Shown: positions 39,695 to 54,029 of the stretch, one piece after another
Numbering within the stretch: position 1 is the stretch's first letter
Layout of the letters: each line of letters opens with the position of its first letter
Assembly: GCA_036172245.1 (NCBI GenBank)
Contig: JAYWIR010000025.1
Coordinates: 1,240,001-1,304,000 of the forward strand
DNA length: 64,000 nucleotides
DNA from: Raillietiella orientalis
Lineage: Eukaryota
Direction: 5' to 3'
Position numbers and translations under genes: made by a program
The notes under the pieces: model-generated
Databases searched by the model: none
What the model was told of the DNA's origin: nothing
Seen by the model: the letters and a program-made list of their open reading frames with translations, nothing else

Positions 39695-42600
39695 ACCTCA
39701 ACTGCTAACACATCAGACAATGCTAAAGTCACGCTTGTTCTTTCAGCAGTAGAGCACAGTGCACTTGCGAAAGAAACAAAACTCCTAAAAGTCCGAGGTC
39801 AACCTGAAATCGAATATCAAAGCAGCAGAGAACAAACAGGAGGGAACCTACCAGCTCAACATTACTTTCTCATAAGGTATGGCATGTTATTTTGTTTCCA
39901 TGGTTTTCTGAACCTTCTCGGCACATGCGGAGGAAAACTCGATCATAATGTGTGACCGTCGTGTGGTTGCTCTGAGGCGCCTCACCGATTTGCACAACGG
40001 AACAAACCACGCGCTTAGGAAATCTGCTTCACTTCCACGGCATTGAAGCGTTCCACTCCAATCACCAAACCTATGCCACTTCATTTCCTCAATCATATAA
40101 TCTTCAACTTGAGAAGATTAACCGACCCAACTCAGTCACAGTGTCGGTTTGCGTCGGCTCTGGAACTTGGAGGATGAACCGTTGTCGCTGTTCTTCCAGA
40201 AAGCATTCTTATCGGCGTTCTTCACAGATTTGGTTCCCAGCTCCCGAAGCAACTTTTGATCTTTTGGACTCTTACAGTTTTCTGAAATTACATAGTCGCA
40301 TAGGTTGTCCCGCGCTGGCGGCCACTTGGTTACTGCGAGACAAGCGCGACCTTAAAGGTGGCTGCGGTCTCCGCACGTGATACCAAGCATAGTTTGCCGG
40401 CGGCACAACCAGATCGCATCCTTCTATCATATTTAGAAGAACTGCTTTCCAATTAGGCAAATATCTGAGTTTACCTTACTAACTCTTCAGCTGAGTATGA
40501 CGTGTGCGCACAGCTCTTGTGGGGTGCTTCCATCAGCGCATCTTCGATTTGATACGAAGTGCACGTTTCCTGGATCTTCGTCTTAATTACCTACAAAGAA
40601 AACCAATTCCATGTTTCTGAAACCTAGTTTCCCTTTGTGCGAGTTAGGGGGTAATCATTTTCTTTAGAAGACACGCTTCCTGTCATGGAATTTTATCTAT
40701 TTATAAAGTTTTCGTGCCCCTCATTTTCAAGAAAGGCTGGATAGAATTCTCCTTGCAATAAAGATGAATAGTTAGACGAAACGAATCGGGGATGCAAGAC
40801 GCATCCTTATAGACAGAAAGGACAGCTCCAATGTTATCTTATTCTTAAGGATCACACATGAGAGCAAGGAAAACCACCGCTCCGGTTATGAGTGACTTCT
40901 ATCGTTTCATCCCTCCATGCAAACTTTGGATTACTGGTCATAGCGTTCGTCTTTAAGTCACAGCAACGTTACCATGGGATTCTTGTCGAAACTCCGATAG
41001 TGGAGAAAGACACGAATTCCGTGCTCGGTGACCACTTCAGTTAGACAAAGAGGAGTCACCTCTTCGGCGGGGATCCTCGAGATGACCAATTCAATCATGA
41101 GCTCGATGGCGAGACTACTAATTCCGTCTCGTTTCGATGACAAATTTCCTGACAGGAAACTCTTAGGATTTTTTTAAAGGTTCCCTAAAGAAAGCCACTT
41201 AATACGTCTGCTACCCCAGCACAAGAGCTCCGACCCGAAAATAAAAGAAAACCGTATGCGGTGATTTCCAGAAAAGCACTAAAACGGATGCTGAGGGTTT
41301 CCAGGACGCTTCAAATTACCGCAATAGGCAATCGCAGCTTCTGATATCACTTGCCTTCTCTTATTCGATTGTGAGATGTTTTCAGAGCGCACGAGACTCG
41401 GCGTGGGGAGAGCCTGGATTCGCAAAATGCAACGCAGCACAGACGCTGGGTTTTTCCCTGACCTCCACGCCCGTTGGACCTTCCCTGCAGCAAAGCGACC
41501 ACAGAAATCCAGGACGCCTAAGGGAACTCGATCCAACTCATCCGTTCTCTGCTTGGGATGAACGTTGATGGTCACGCTGAGCCGTGGGACTGTACCACCC
41601 ATGCCATCCACCTTGTGATCTCATGTTCGCGGAAGCGTGAAGATGCAACTGCCAGCTTGTTGCCGGATGCTTGAGCTTCGAATCACGAAGGAAAGAGGTT
41701 GAGAAAGATCTGGAATCAATCCATGGTTTCGCAAATTTTTTTGGACAACTGGTTCGCTATCGCGCTTGTCTGACAGCAGCCAAGTGCGTTCGGAACGAAA
41801 AGTCTCTACTTCTTTCCGCTTTTTCCTTTTTTTTCTGTCCTGACTCGTAAATCTCGAAGATGGCGGAATTCTATATTGATCGGTATCGATTAACATTACT
41901 CAGTTGTGCTCTGAAATAAATCATTGGAAAAATAGGAACACACTTTCTATAACACGGAAGCAAATCGGCCCGAATTCGTCATTGATTATTAATTGCTCGG
42001 GGTCACCCGAATTGAACTTCTACGCGGGGCCAATTACATTAAACTGGCGTTCATGCACCCAAAGGACTTTTCGTCTTTGCAGGCTGCAAACATCTCCGCT
42101 GCAATTTTCTGGTTACATGCTTGCATGTTTCTCCGAACCAGAGCAGGAAAAATTACAGTCTGACTAAAGATGAACAAACTAAAGATGAGACTTAATAGTT
42201 CGATATGGGTTCTCTCTCCTAATTACAAATCAGACGCTCAAACCTTAAAATCTCCTCATCACATTATCTGGCTGGCATTCCAATGTCGTGAAATAGTTTT
42301 ATGATGATGAAATCGACGTCCCTCGTCGTAAAAATGCAACACGATCTTGAGCCCTAACTATAAAATGCAATACTTCAAGAATAAGATAATCTCCGTCTGC
42401 AGGCGAAATTACGCTCCCCAAATTCAAAACTGGAAATTTCGGTAAAGTAACAAGGAATCACCTTCTGCATCACAAGCCACGTGACCAGGGATTTGAAATG
42501 GATGGTAAGTTGTACGAATTCGAATTACGAATGCTTGGAAACGGACTTTTTTCGGAAGAGGAAAGGAGAGGCAAACGATTCTGCCATAGGCTCTTCGGAA

Positions 42601-45600
42601 CGGCGGTTGGCCGCAACAGAAGAGACGGCAATGGAATGAGCGCAAAGCTTGGTCTTCTACGTCACGCATCCTCCTCAGCTCTCCCGGTTCTCACCAAGAA
42701 GCAGAGCGCTGCTAGAGTCGGATGCATATCATGTGCTGTGAAGAATGAATGGAGGTGCAAGGAGGCGAATCGAGAAACTCGAAAGACAGAAGCACTGCAT
42801 CATTCAAGAGGAGCACCAACTCAGAGGGACATCGCCACAAGCAGCCTATGGTATCTACGAATCGTCGCAGATTGGATGCTGGAGTGAATGGAGGCTGCAA
42901 CAGTGCTGTTCCGCTGATCGTACCTGGGACACTGGAAACCGCTGCACGGCAGAACCGTACCAGCAGTTTCCCTAAACCGCACAGGTCTTGGCTTGGCATC
43001 CCGGTTTTCCTTCCCTCCGGCCATGCTGCCGTGCCGACGTGCAAGCAGCATAAGATAATCTGGCGCCGACATTCGAGTAGAACCGCTGAATTTCTTGAGG
43101 GAGAACGGATATTTTCCTCCATGGTTTGGAATACTGCGACTAACCAATGGATTTCATGTAGACAAAAAAGATGGCTTCCGTGGATTTTTTTTAAAAAAAA
43201 AAGAAGCCCTAATCGATGTTTAAAAGGAAATGCATGTGATCCACATTCGTCATTTCTTCAGGTTCTGAGAACGCGCTGATTTTATTGTTCTGGAAATTCG
43301 GTCCACCCTAAACTAAATTTTGAATCCCCAAACAGGCGTCCACTCGAACCTCAGTTATTCAATTTCGTACTTAGGGATGCTTACTGTTTTAACAGTGGGT
43401 GTTCCAAGAACTGTCTTATGAAGATCATGCAGAATTCAGTGCCGAGTACATAAAAATTCAGCATTTTCATGGCAAAAGCATCCGAATGGGATGAATATTT
43501 ACTTAGCATGCTGTTTAAAGAAGAGAAATGTGGGAACCCACAGCCTACTGAATTATTCAACCTCAAAACACTTTTCAGAAGCCTTCGAGATTAATAAATG
43601 GCAATTTAATCGAGTTTACTAAAATGCTGGATTCGTATTTCTTTCCAAAATCCAGCATCTGAATCCAATCAGGCGGCTTGGCATTTGCTACGCAGATTTG
43701 AGAGCACTGCAACAAAATCCCATTGCCGGTGAAGTACGAGGAATTTGTGGAGAATGGCTGAGAACAAGTGAAAAATGAGAATTTTCCGTGATTAGCATTA
43801 TTCGTGAAAGGGAAAGCGAACTTTCTCGGTTTTTGTATATTTATTTGGGGGAGGTTAGCTCTCTGTTTTCAGGTCTTCATTTCAACACCAATCACGGAAA
43901 CTTCAAAAAACGCATTCCATGCAGAAGAGAAAGATCTAGCATCACATGGTTTCTGGGATGCCTGAAGTGAGCCTTGAATGAGGAAAACAGAAATGTAAAA
44001 GGAGAAATGTGAAAATCCCGGTCTCATAAAAGGTAAGGAATTATCCACCTCGCAAATTATTTCCGAAGATGCTGGTCAGATTAATGGTCACGTTCTTACA
44101 CCCGGTAAAAATGACCGGAATCCTCCTAGTCGCCGAGTTCAGTTACCAAGCTGAAACAAAGGACCATGACGGCATATGCATATGATTTTAAACCGTGGGA
44201 TGAAGTTGATCAAGCATTCTAACGTTGAGGCACATGCAGATAGATTTCCTCTTCGAATGCCAAGCAGCTTTTGGAGGAATTTTGATTACAAACAAAGCTT
44301 CCATGCCGACTTTGTTTATTAATGTCACATATTCTGTGCATGATTTCATTCCTCGTTCTCGCCGGCATCAAGATTAAGCATTTTTCAGGAAGGTTATCAC
44401 ATGTTTGTGTCCCATCAGAGTAACCTATATGCGATTCATGGCCAAGAGCTACGAAGACTTCATCCCTGGAAACCAACCCACACTCACAGATACACAAAAA
44501 TCCATCAAGCTGACCAGGGCCGAACAAATCAAGTTCTAAAAGCCGTGTGTGCCAGCACTGGGTGCATCAAAACACGAGAGCTCAAAAGGTAAGTCTACAA
44601 AGTGCTTTCAGGCGGGCTTTTTTACTACGACGCAGCATCCACCCCATGTATCCGAACAACAGTTTTTTCCTGCTGTGCTTGGTAAACAAATTCCAGCATT
44701 TGCTCTGGATGAATATGCATGCGTATTTGCAGGTGCCTGCTGTATAAAGTGCATGGCTTTCCCCTTTTGGCCGTCAGAAGGTGTCACTGACTTTACATCA
44801 AAACCATTCAAACACGCTTGCCTCTAAGCTGCTCTCCTCTGTGGCTCAAAACAAGTGAACCTATTTTAAGCAAGGGCAAAAAGATGGGAGCAAGGTCTTA
44901 ACCTGGGACTTTCCAAATGATGGAGGAAAAGGGTTTTTGGGTTGCTTCTTCCAGACAGGAAACCCAGCTTTAATAGAATCAGCTCGGAATCTTTGCGATC
45001 ATTCGTTGTGGTAAGTGGATTTTAGTTTTGTTTCTTTCTTCATTTCAACATGCAAGGTTCGTTGATGGTTAAAAAATATGGCTTTCATTACCTCCAGCAG
45101 GTACATCACTTTAATTTTTTGGTTAGAGGTCACTCCACGTTTCATGGTCCTCACGAGTTTCTACTCTGATGCTCCAAAAAGTTCTCAGAACTTGTGCTGA
45201 AAGGAACTCAAGAAAGGTGATCATCTGTTGAATGCTTCTAAAGGAAACAGTCAATGCTGGTTGTGGTTGTTTCTATGTGTCCACTAAGAGAAAAAGATAT
45301 CCGAACTTAAGTTTATCGTGAGAGGATGATGATACACTTCCAAATAAAAAATGGAGATTTCCTAAACATCCTACACTTTTTTGTCTCGAAGAGTGGCATC
45401 CTCGGTTCTCTTGGCCTTTTCATCATCTGCATGGGACTTTCGGGCCCCTGCAAGCTTTCCAGCATCTCTCTTGCTTTCTGCTTTCTCGAAGCTTTAAACA
45501 TTTTGTTGGCGGAAACATTCCCTTCAACAACTGTGGGGAGGATTTCAGCATCAGCAACCATTTCACTCGATATGAAATCTCAGTATGAAATCTTTCTCTA

Positions 45601-47614
45601 GAAAAGGGGTTAATTTATTTTGACATCAGACAAACACCAACTATGCAATGAATCATCTGTAATCCACTCTCTGCACGGTTGCCACACATCCCAACAAAAA
45701 GTTTTTTGCTACCTACAAAAATACTGCGCAGTGAGTAATGCATCAGCAAAGCACTAAATTATCTTTTCAACAGCGCTTGCATACAACCACATAACTCTAT
45801 CATGTATTTAGAGCAGAGATCCGACGTTTGAAAATAAAGTCACATATGTTCGACACAAATGTGAAGCTCATATACATATTTATAAAGGAAACGTAGATAA
45901 CTTCCAAGAAGTTTTGCTCATTTGAAAGTACGGATGGGTGACATTCATATTAATAAGTGCGATGTGTCTATTAAATGCAAACACGCATGTGTACACTTGT
46001 AAATTTGCTACTGTTCGTAGTGTGATCGAAACACATAGAGAATGATCCTTCTCCATTCCATCATCGGCCAAAGTAGCTAAATGCAAACAAATCTAATCCT
46101 GAATGAAAATCAAAAGATGTTTCATGAGTTGTTTCCGAAATACTGAGCCTCGTCTTCTGACATCTTCGCCGTAACGAACCATAATATCAGTTACATGTGA
46201 TCAGGTGACACTAATCTCCCCTCGGCGTCATTTCAAGATTTCATGCATCATTTCAAATCAGGCGGAAACGAGTGTACCGTACGAACGGCATGAGCGCAGT
46301 ACTATGTGGATTCTGATTACGGTGAGACTTCCAAGACGGAAGGAACCATGCTTCTTTGTGATTTATGCCATCTTCGGAGATGAAAATAAGGAAAGAATGA
46401 TAGTGCATGCATCATCTTTATGTATTGGCGCAGTTATATAGGTGACACTGTGTCTAACCGATGTTCATCCTCATCAGTTACGATCTTATCTATTTGACAG
46501 TTCAACTTTGAGTGAAAATGTATTTTGAATGCGAAGACCAGGATTTGATCATTTAGGACAAAACCTGCAGCCATTAATTCCATCAAATGGCTGGTTCGAT
46601 GTTTCTTTGTTTTTAAACAGTAAACGTATTCGGCGGAAAAATCAACTTCACAAGGGGGCCAGACATTTTTAAAGAATAGAGTATGAGTTCGTTGTTGTTG
46701 TTGTTTAAAAAAAAAGTGCCACCATCTCTCGATTTTCCATAGGGAAGATAACAACAACAGGTGATCTGGAATTCTGGAAGTGGTGTTCTTGTGTTGGTTA
46801 TAAAAGCACGGAATACACAAAAAACAGGGACCCTCTTTCTCAGGATGGGATCAGCGAGTTCCAATAATGGGTGTGGCACCTGATCAAGATGCCAAAATGA
46901 GAACCGAAAAAGAGAAACGGAAAATGGCGGCGGTGTCCAGTCACTTCGCAGGAACCATCCCGTGCTTCTTTTGCACTGCGGAATCCAATGTGTGTGTAAC
47001 CTGCCAGCTTGCAGCATGGAAAAGATGAAACAGCGTATACGAAAAGCTTCCATCTGGCACGACAACTTTTGATCCTGTACGGTACGTTTCCATTTGGAAT
47101 GTATCGCTGAAGTTTCATGATACCTCACATTTGTGTAACATGGTGCCTTGGGAAAAAAATATCTGTGCAATTACGAAGCCCATACCGAGGACTGCGGAAA
47201 GATGGAAATCTCCAAGAAACAGGAGCGGAACACCCCACGCTCGGGCGAACAAAATCCAGTCCCATTTCTTTGCTTTTTCTCTCCTCGCAGCATCCGTTTC
47301 GACCGCTGAAAAGTACCACTGCTGCAGCCTCGACACGCCAGGACCCCACGTTCCACAACCCCAAGGTAGCCGTCTGCTCAGTCGATCGGACGTCCTCGGT
47401 GTGCAACGGTTCAATCTTCCATTTCCAAGGGAACTCTTCTGGATTGGTGGCGATTTTCAGGATCATCTTGTGCGGCCCTGCTCTCATGGTGATGGTCATC
47501 TCAAGCGACGCAAGAGAAGCACGCGTTGCATTTATTGAGTCGTTTGGAAGTCGGCAGGAAATGAAGATGATGATGTTGCACCCTCGTCATTAGCGCTGAC
47601 AGCAGCAAAAAGAA

Positions 47615-47649
47615 ATCGCTTTTTGGCCTTTTGGCTAAGATCAAAGTGT
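47615..47649 (+). pseudogene. U2: U2 snRNA 5' fragment (nt 1-35)
   Basis: ATCGCTTTTTGGCCTTTTGGCTAAGATCAAAGTGT vs the U2 5' end ATCGCTTCTCGGCCTTTTGGCTAAGATCAAAGTGT: two C>T differences. The match stops within the branch-point recognition sequence. Confidence 0.9.
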
Positions 47650-50479
47650 CTGTCCATTCCGAGGCCTTCTCAGTAGGTTCCAAGACTAGATGAAACTTCA
47701 TTCCCCTCCCTCCCCATTGAGAATCATTCCTTTTCCCTTCATCTGCTCATAACTGACAGTTTATTTCAAGTACTAACACTGAAGACTAGTTAAGATTTCT
47801 TCTGGTAAAGAACAACCAGAATTTCAGAAGAAGGTTTGGATGTTTACTGGCGTGCATCTTTGCATCATATCAGTCCTGTTGCTGACTGGAGCTAAAGGAG
47901 GAATTCTCAAAATTTTTTTAAAAAAGCGAGATGTTGCACTTTGATGTGTATTAAAAGCGGCCAATCACAGTAACGGCTTCGATGAAAGCAAGCGAAATCG
48001 AAAATTCGGTCGAGGCTAAGGTGACCTAGAAATTGTTCAGTGCTGATGTGTTCTTAAGACTACCTTTTCTTTTGGTACCTGCTCAGTATATTCGTGCTTC
48101 CCCATCATTCAGCACCATCGTTACTTATAGTATCTTGTGCTGCCTATTTTGCATGCAATTTAGACATTCAGATTGTCGGAACTCTTCAACTCGAGTCTTG
48201 GTCTGGAAGGTTTGGTCATCTTCAAGATGACCTTCATCTTGAACATCACAATTGCATCGTCTTCAAGCAGGAATCAGAAGCTGGTTTCATCTTCCACTTG
48301 CATCCGCTCTCTATCTTCAGCTGAAGAGTCAGGATAACTTTCACTAATCACTGATGCCCTCAGTTCCATTAATATGGATTTATTACATCACGACTATTCA
48401 TGGCCAACATCATCCTGTGTAGATTTGATGATAATTACTCCTATTGTTGCATGAGTGCAGCAAGCAGAAATGAGCAACGCAAACTCACAATGGAAAAGTG
48501 GCTTTTCCCAATTTGGGGATGAAAAGCTTCCAAATGGAGCAAAGGGGAGAGTCCTTTTTGGAAATTTTTGCACTCTGCTATCTTCGTTGTACGTTTCCCT
48601 GGCCATCTTGTTTCTCTGATCCATTTCATGACATCAGCGGCCTGCCCCTCTAAGCGAGCGGCCTAAATTCTACTAAGACTCTGGGGTTAATTTTGATGCA
48701 TCATCTCAGCAAAGCAGTCGTTATAAACTGAGTTCATGGTTCGAGGGAATTTGAGGACCAAACGAAGCCTTCGTTTTTTCTTTTCTTTTCTTTTAGATGA
48801 GCAGCTCGTGGGTAGACGAGAATTCCCTCTCCTATTTCTTGAGCTCTTTTGCTTTTATAGTTTGGAACTTCAGGTATCAATCTAGGAGGAGGTTGGAGTT
48901 TTTCACTGCTCCCGCGGCATAAATATAAATACACATCCACGTAACTACAACTCATGACGAAGCTCTTTTGTGAGAGACGCAGCAACTTTCACGCCACCTT
49001 TCGGTGCCAGTTTCGCTGCACCGTGTCTTATGGAGGAGTTTTGCTCACGTTGATCACTGGTGGCTCGAAGTGAATTTCCTTCTATGGAAAAATTTGCCGA
49101 CGGCCATCTTTACTGTCACGGTTTCACGTTAGCCTTCTGGTCTCCCAGATGACTCCTTACTTGGTTTGAAGGGTCGGTGGCCCCCCTGCATCTAACGAAA
49201 CCACCGATTTTCACATTGAAGAAAATTTAAAAAACTCCGGCATTGGGCACGGTGCAGGTCCGAAAGGTCTCAGCCTCGATTTTCGTTTATAAGCAGATTC
49301 TTGCTGTGGCTCCATGAGCACAGGAGCTCTATTTTTTCGAGGTTAGCAACTGCATTCGATGAGAAGCACATGGCAGTACTGTCCATTCCGATCACCTTTG
49401 GAATTTGTTTTAGAGAAGCATTTCCATGGCCCTCCATTGCAAGAAACCTCCCTTGTAATTCGCAGGCAATAGTCCGAATTGAGCATTTGAATTATCCAAG
49501 TAAGTGTCCTTGGATCTTCCCACACTGGATCAGCTCCAAGTTGATTTTTATTTTTATTATTTTGTTTTTGGGGGAGGCCTTTTTACATTTCGATGGTCTC
49601 ATGAAGCTCATCGTTTGGAGGTACTGATCTGGACTTAAGACTCGTCAAGCTACGAAAGAATGGAAACGGTGCCTTAGAAATTGATGAATGATTACTTTGA
49701 ACCGCTCATTAAATACTGCATTGCATGCTTTCGAGAGTGGTGATTCTCGTGCTTACCACTGTACGCTCTCATCAAAGTAGCCAAAGAGGAGCTTTGCACT
49801 TGTTTTTCTCCTCCGTACGGAGGAGCCTGAGAGTTCCCCCGTATTGGAAGGTATATCTCCATTTTGTAAAACGGGTTGCGAAAACTTTCAGGGAAGACTT
49901 CGCTTGGGAACACGAGGACTAACCGTGTATTCGAGGCACATTTGTGAGCTCCACCTGCTTCATTGGAGGAGCTGGAAAGACAACTTTTGCCACGCTCCCA
50001 TGGCGACAGCTTCATTTTCCCATTATGGAAGGGAATTTCTGTGTTCACTTCATGAACATCCTTCTTGCGAAAACATCACAATTGGCATGAGTTCATTAAC
50101 CGAAAGTGTCGCAATGCGGGGCGAACGAAGGAACCATCAATCCATTTGTTGCACTCTGAAAACGTAAAAATCACTTCTGGACCGGTTTAGCAGACGGACA
50201 GCGAATCACATGAAAGAAAGGAAATTTGTCACTATAATCTGTCTCATGTATCGAAAGTTCCATTATAATGCCAAGCGTAGCACGGAGATTTGACGGTAGT
50301 TCTCACACAGTGGGATCCTTTGAAAAATGGCTACTCCTCTGCCACATGACAATGTCTGCAGGTAAGGTGGTTTGTGAATTCGGACGAAGGAACGCCTTTT
50401 TCCACCTTCAATGGAAAGAACGGCCTAGCCGGAAAGCAGAAATCCAGGCGGAAGTTTTAAACCCATCCTCTGCCAGATC

Positions 50480-50900
50480 GCCTCCTTTAGATCTTTAGAA
50501 ATGTTTTCAGGCCCCTGAATTCTTTCGCCTTCGAGCAAGGTGTCCTCGTGTCGAAGGAACAGGAATCACTGAGAAGATTATGTGCATGTTGTACGTCCCG
50601 TTCTCGATCTACGGGAACACTCATTTGGAATGGCAGGCATCCGCGAAATGCCATTCCTCTCTTCAGGAAGCAGCCAACTACACGAACACGAATGTTCTCT
50701 TGCCGCAACATGGGATACTAACGCGGCGAAGAACACCCAAATGGGTGAGCAGGAAATGATTCCGTACACTGAAATGGATTCGTCGATTGCATGTCTGATT
50801 ATCCAACGCAAAAGCAATTTCTGGTAGACGCTTATTTGTTTCCGGTCCATCTGAAACCATACGTGCTCCTTTTCCGAAACAGACGGCAGAGCTCCCCTTA
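50480..50900 (+). mobile_element. LINE (CR1/L2/Jockey-like) RT C-terminal relic
   Basis: Frameshifted 'YVHVVRPVLD/YGTLIWNG' resembles Y...VRPxLEY...W. Confidence 0.4.
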
Positions 50901-53900
50901 CCTTTGGGGAAGCAGCACAAAGCGTGAAAAATGGGAGATTTCATTTTCGGTGAAATCGATAATCAGTCTTAATGTCAGGAAACGAAAAATCCTCCTCTAA
51001 GAGGATGCGCCGGAAAGCTGGAAGAGGATCGAAAATCCTGCGACACTCGGCTGTGATACGGAGACCCCACACGAAGAATCATAATTCCGGAATCATTATC
51101 ATTTCATGCTAACTCGCGTCGATAAGGGAATCATTTTATTATAAGATGGAAATGTCCGTACTTTCGCCCTTTCGAGCTGACAGCTCAAAGTCACGATTAA
51201 TCATATTTTCAAATAGTGTCAACTCTGAGTTATGGAAAATATTCGTACTGGTGACAAAAGCCGGGAAATCACTCCAGTATAAAAGTGTATAAAAGCCGTA
51301 ATAAAATATCGAGAAGGGATTTCAAAGGCGAACTTATCTATTCGGCCATGCAGAAAACACGTAAAAGCACACGAGGCCGATTCGCAGTGCAAATAATTTC
51401 CAGAGTCATTCTGAACTGTCAAACGAGAAATCCCAACCTCCACAGTAATGATTATCTGTCAGATAATCAGCCGAAATGCTCATGCTTTAAACGGTTTTTC
51501 ATTAATCAAAATGATTCTTCAAGGAAAGAAATTTCCGATCGAATATCTAATGGAAGGAGACTTGGGAGATTCACCTCCCTCAGGTAATTTTTATCAAAAC
51601 ACCTGACGTTAAAATTGCCGCGGGATTTTCGTGCGCATCAGCGGGAGCAGAGAGGTTTTCCTTTGGCCCCAGTTTTTCCCGGAAAGGAGGGGGAGGGATC
51701 GAGCTCTCGGTGGAACATTCGAATGAAGGTCACGTAATGAGGCTGAAAGTGTGTCGCGGAGGAGACTCCACTGGATGCAGGAGATCCGAGTTCACTTGAA
51801 GGAGGAAATCGAAACTTTGGAACACGCACTCCCCCTGGAAGGACCGCCATTAAGATTCCAGTGAGTGAACGTGTGTGCACCTACGCCTTGCATCCTGAAT
51901 GACGTGGTTGTCGAAAGGGAAAAAAAAATGAAAGAAATTCTCTGAAATGATGCTTTTCGTCTCGAAATCTGAGCAAACTTGTGCAGCACTCGGGTGCTTC
52001 TCAAGTGCTGAGGTCGGAGGGGGGGGAAAGGGCATATGGACAGATAAAAAAATCTTTTTTTAATAAAAATTCGAAATACGAGGAATGGAAGAGTTTTCAC
52101 ACGGTGAACGCGAAAAATGTCGGGGATGCGTGCCTGTGTCCACACTCATCTTTCAATCAGTGATAGCCACCCCCCGAGGACTGGTCGAATCATTCCGAAA
52201 TCCACAGTACTGTGACAGAGTACTGTGAGTTGCGCTGTGCATTTTTTTTTTTTCTATAAAAAAGTGTACAAGGTATCACTCCAAGGCGGCAGCTATGATG
52301 AAGCTTTAAAGAACTGTACAAAGCTGTCCTGGATTGCAGGGCATTCCTCGGAGGTGAAGTTTCTCATGTGGTCCGCGGCTCCTCGGAAGGTCAAGTTGCA
52401 GCCATTTCCTAGAGCAACTGCCTTCAGCAACACCCTCTCGCTCTGACTTCAACACGAAATCCGTGAGGAACCCTCACCAAAGTTCATTACCACGTCTCAG
52501 TGATTTCAAGGGCGACGTCTTCGTCCGTAGAAGCGACAAATGGACCTATCCTTACTTTTCATGAAGAAAAGGAATCGACGGTCAAAAAAAAAAAAAAGCC
52601 TTGATCGAGCATCTCCTTCATCGTTCCTTTCGCTTTTCTTCGAGTGCTTCTTGTTTTTCCTGCGTCTGGAAGAGATCACCTTGAAGCGTTTGCATCGCAA
52701 CGTGTCTTTTACCTGAGAGTTTTGGCGCCCATTCCCGCTTTTTTTTTGGCAATCCTACAAAGGTTTTTCCTATTCCAGATGGTCATTTCCCCATGAGCGG
52801 CGTAAAAAAAAAAAAAAAAAAAGCCCAACGAAAGATTCTAAACTTCCATAACACTCTAGCTGGGTAATTTAGAAGGGGAGAATACGAGTGGGATGTATTT
52901 CAGGAAGATGAATTTTCTGCCATTCGGATGATGCGAAATGAGCAATAAATGAGAACGAGATGAATCGGGAACTCACGTGTTCGTGTATTTTTTTTCGAAT
53001 TCACCAATCATTTTGATATTGGTTAGTTAATTTTCTGAAATTCAATGATCGTCATTAAGCTGGAAGCCGGGCCAAAGCAAGGAGAACACGGTGGAAATCC
53101 ATGCCAGTGCAGTTTCTTGTCAGTTCCTTTATGACGTCGCAGTACTTACTTTTCTTAAAAAAAAAAACTCAGCAGCGTTAGAAACATGTATACGCTGAAT
53201 TGCCATGGAGTTTTCCGAAGAAAAAAAAAAAAAGGAAGAAATTGCATTTTCTTCTCTCCTCTCTTTTTCTTCTTTTTCTCTCTCTCTTCTATCCTTTTCA
53301 AGGCGTAAAACAAAGCAAGCTGCAAGTACAGCAAATGGCGTGTTGGGTTAAATACAAACAAAGTTAGAGTAACCGGAGAATGCTCAGAGAATGCAGAGTA
53401 TCCACAGCAACAGACAGTACTGAATCAGCATGCAGCAAGGCTTCTGATTAAGATAAGTTTCCTCATTGGAACAGCTGAGGTTGCCTACCCTAATCGACAG
53501 TTCGCTGGAAAAGTCGCATTCGATTTTCATTGCTGATTTCGGGAGTCATTTTTTGCAAAAACGGGAACCAGAAGTATCTCTTATCTAGATCAGTGTCAAA
53601 GAAGTGAGGCTGAGATGAGCGATCCGTCATGAAGGAAAAGAAAGATGAATGACGAGACCGGATGAAGGATTTGAAGATAAAGTCGCTGGTCCTCTCTGGA
53701 GCGTTCTCGTGCCACTCCGTGGTCCAGCGAGCTAACGATTTCGAAAGAGCTCGGAGGAGAACGAGTAGGGTCATGATGGGCGCTTCATCTTAACATCATC
53801 TGCAGGATGCTGTCGGCTTACCCCGGGAGAGGAAGCAACTTGCTTGCCCATCGCTTCGCGGGACGCGAACCCCAAGACTCCTTGCTTCTTTCGCCCACTC

Positions 53901-54029
53901 CTTTTCGTCCCATGGACTCTGGAGGAAAATCCCCTTTATCGTCCTACAACTTCTTCGCTCATCTGCCTTCCGTGATTTTCCGCTCCTTCGAAAGTTGCCT
54001 GCCCTCCGGTTAGTAAAAGCTCTTCGAGT

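Noticed and set aside
39900..40570. LTR integrase zinc-binding relic on the minus strand
   Set aside because: Only vague H..H/C spacing, not supportable by eye.
46840..47500. APE/RT LINE relic on the minus strand ('GLWNVGSW', 'LGDFH', 'GFRS')
   Set aside because: The motif spacing is far too short and the matches are too weak to call.
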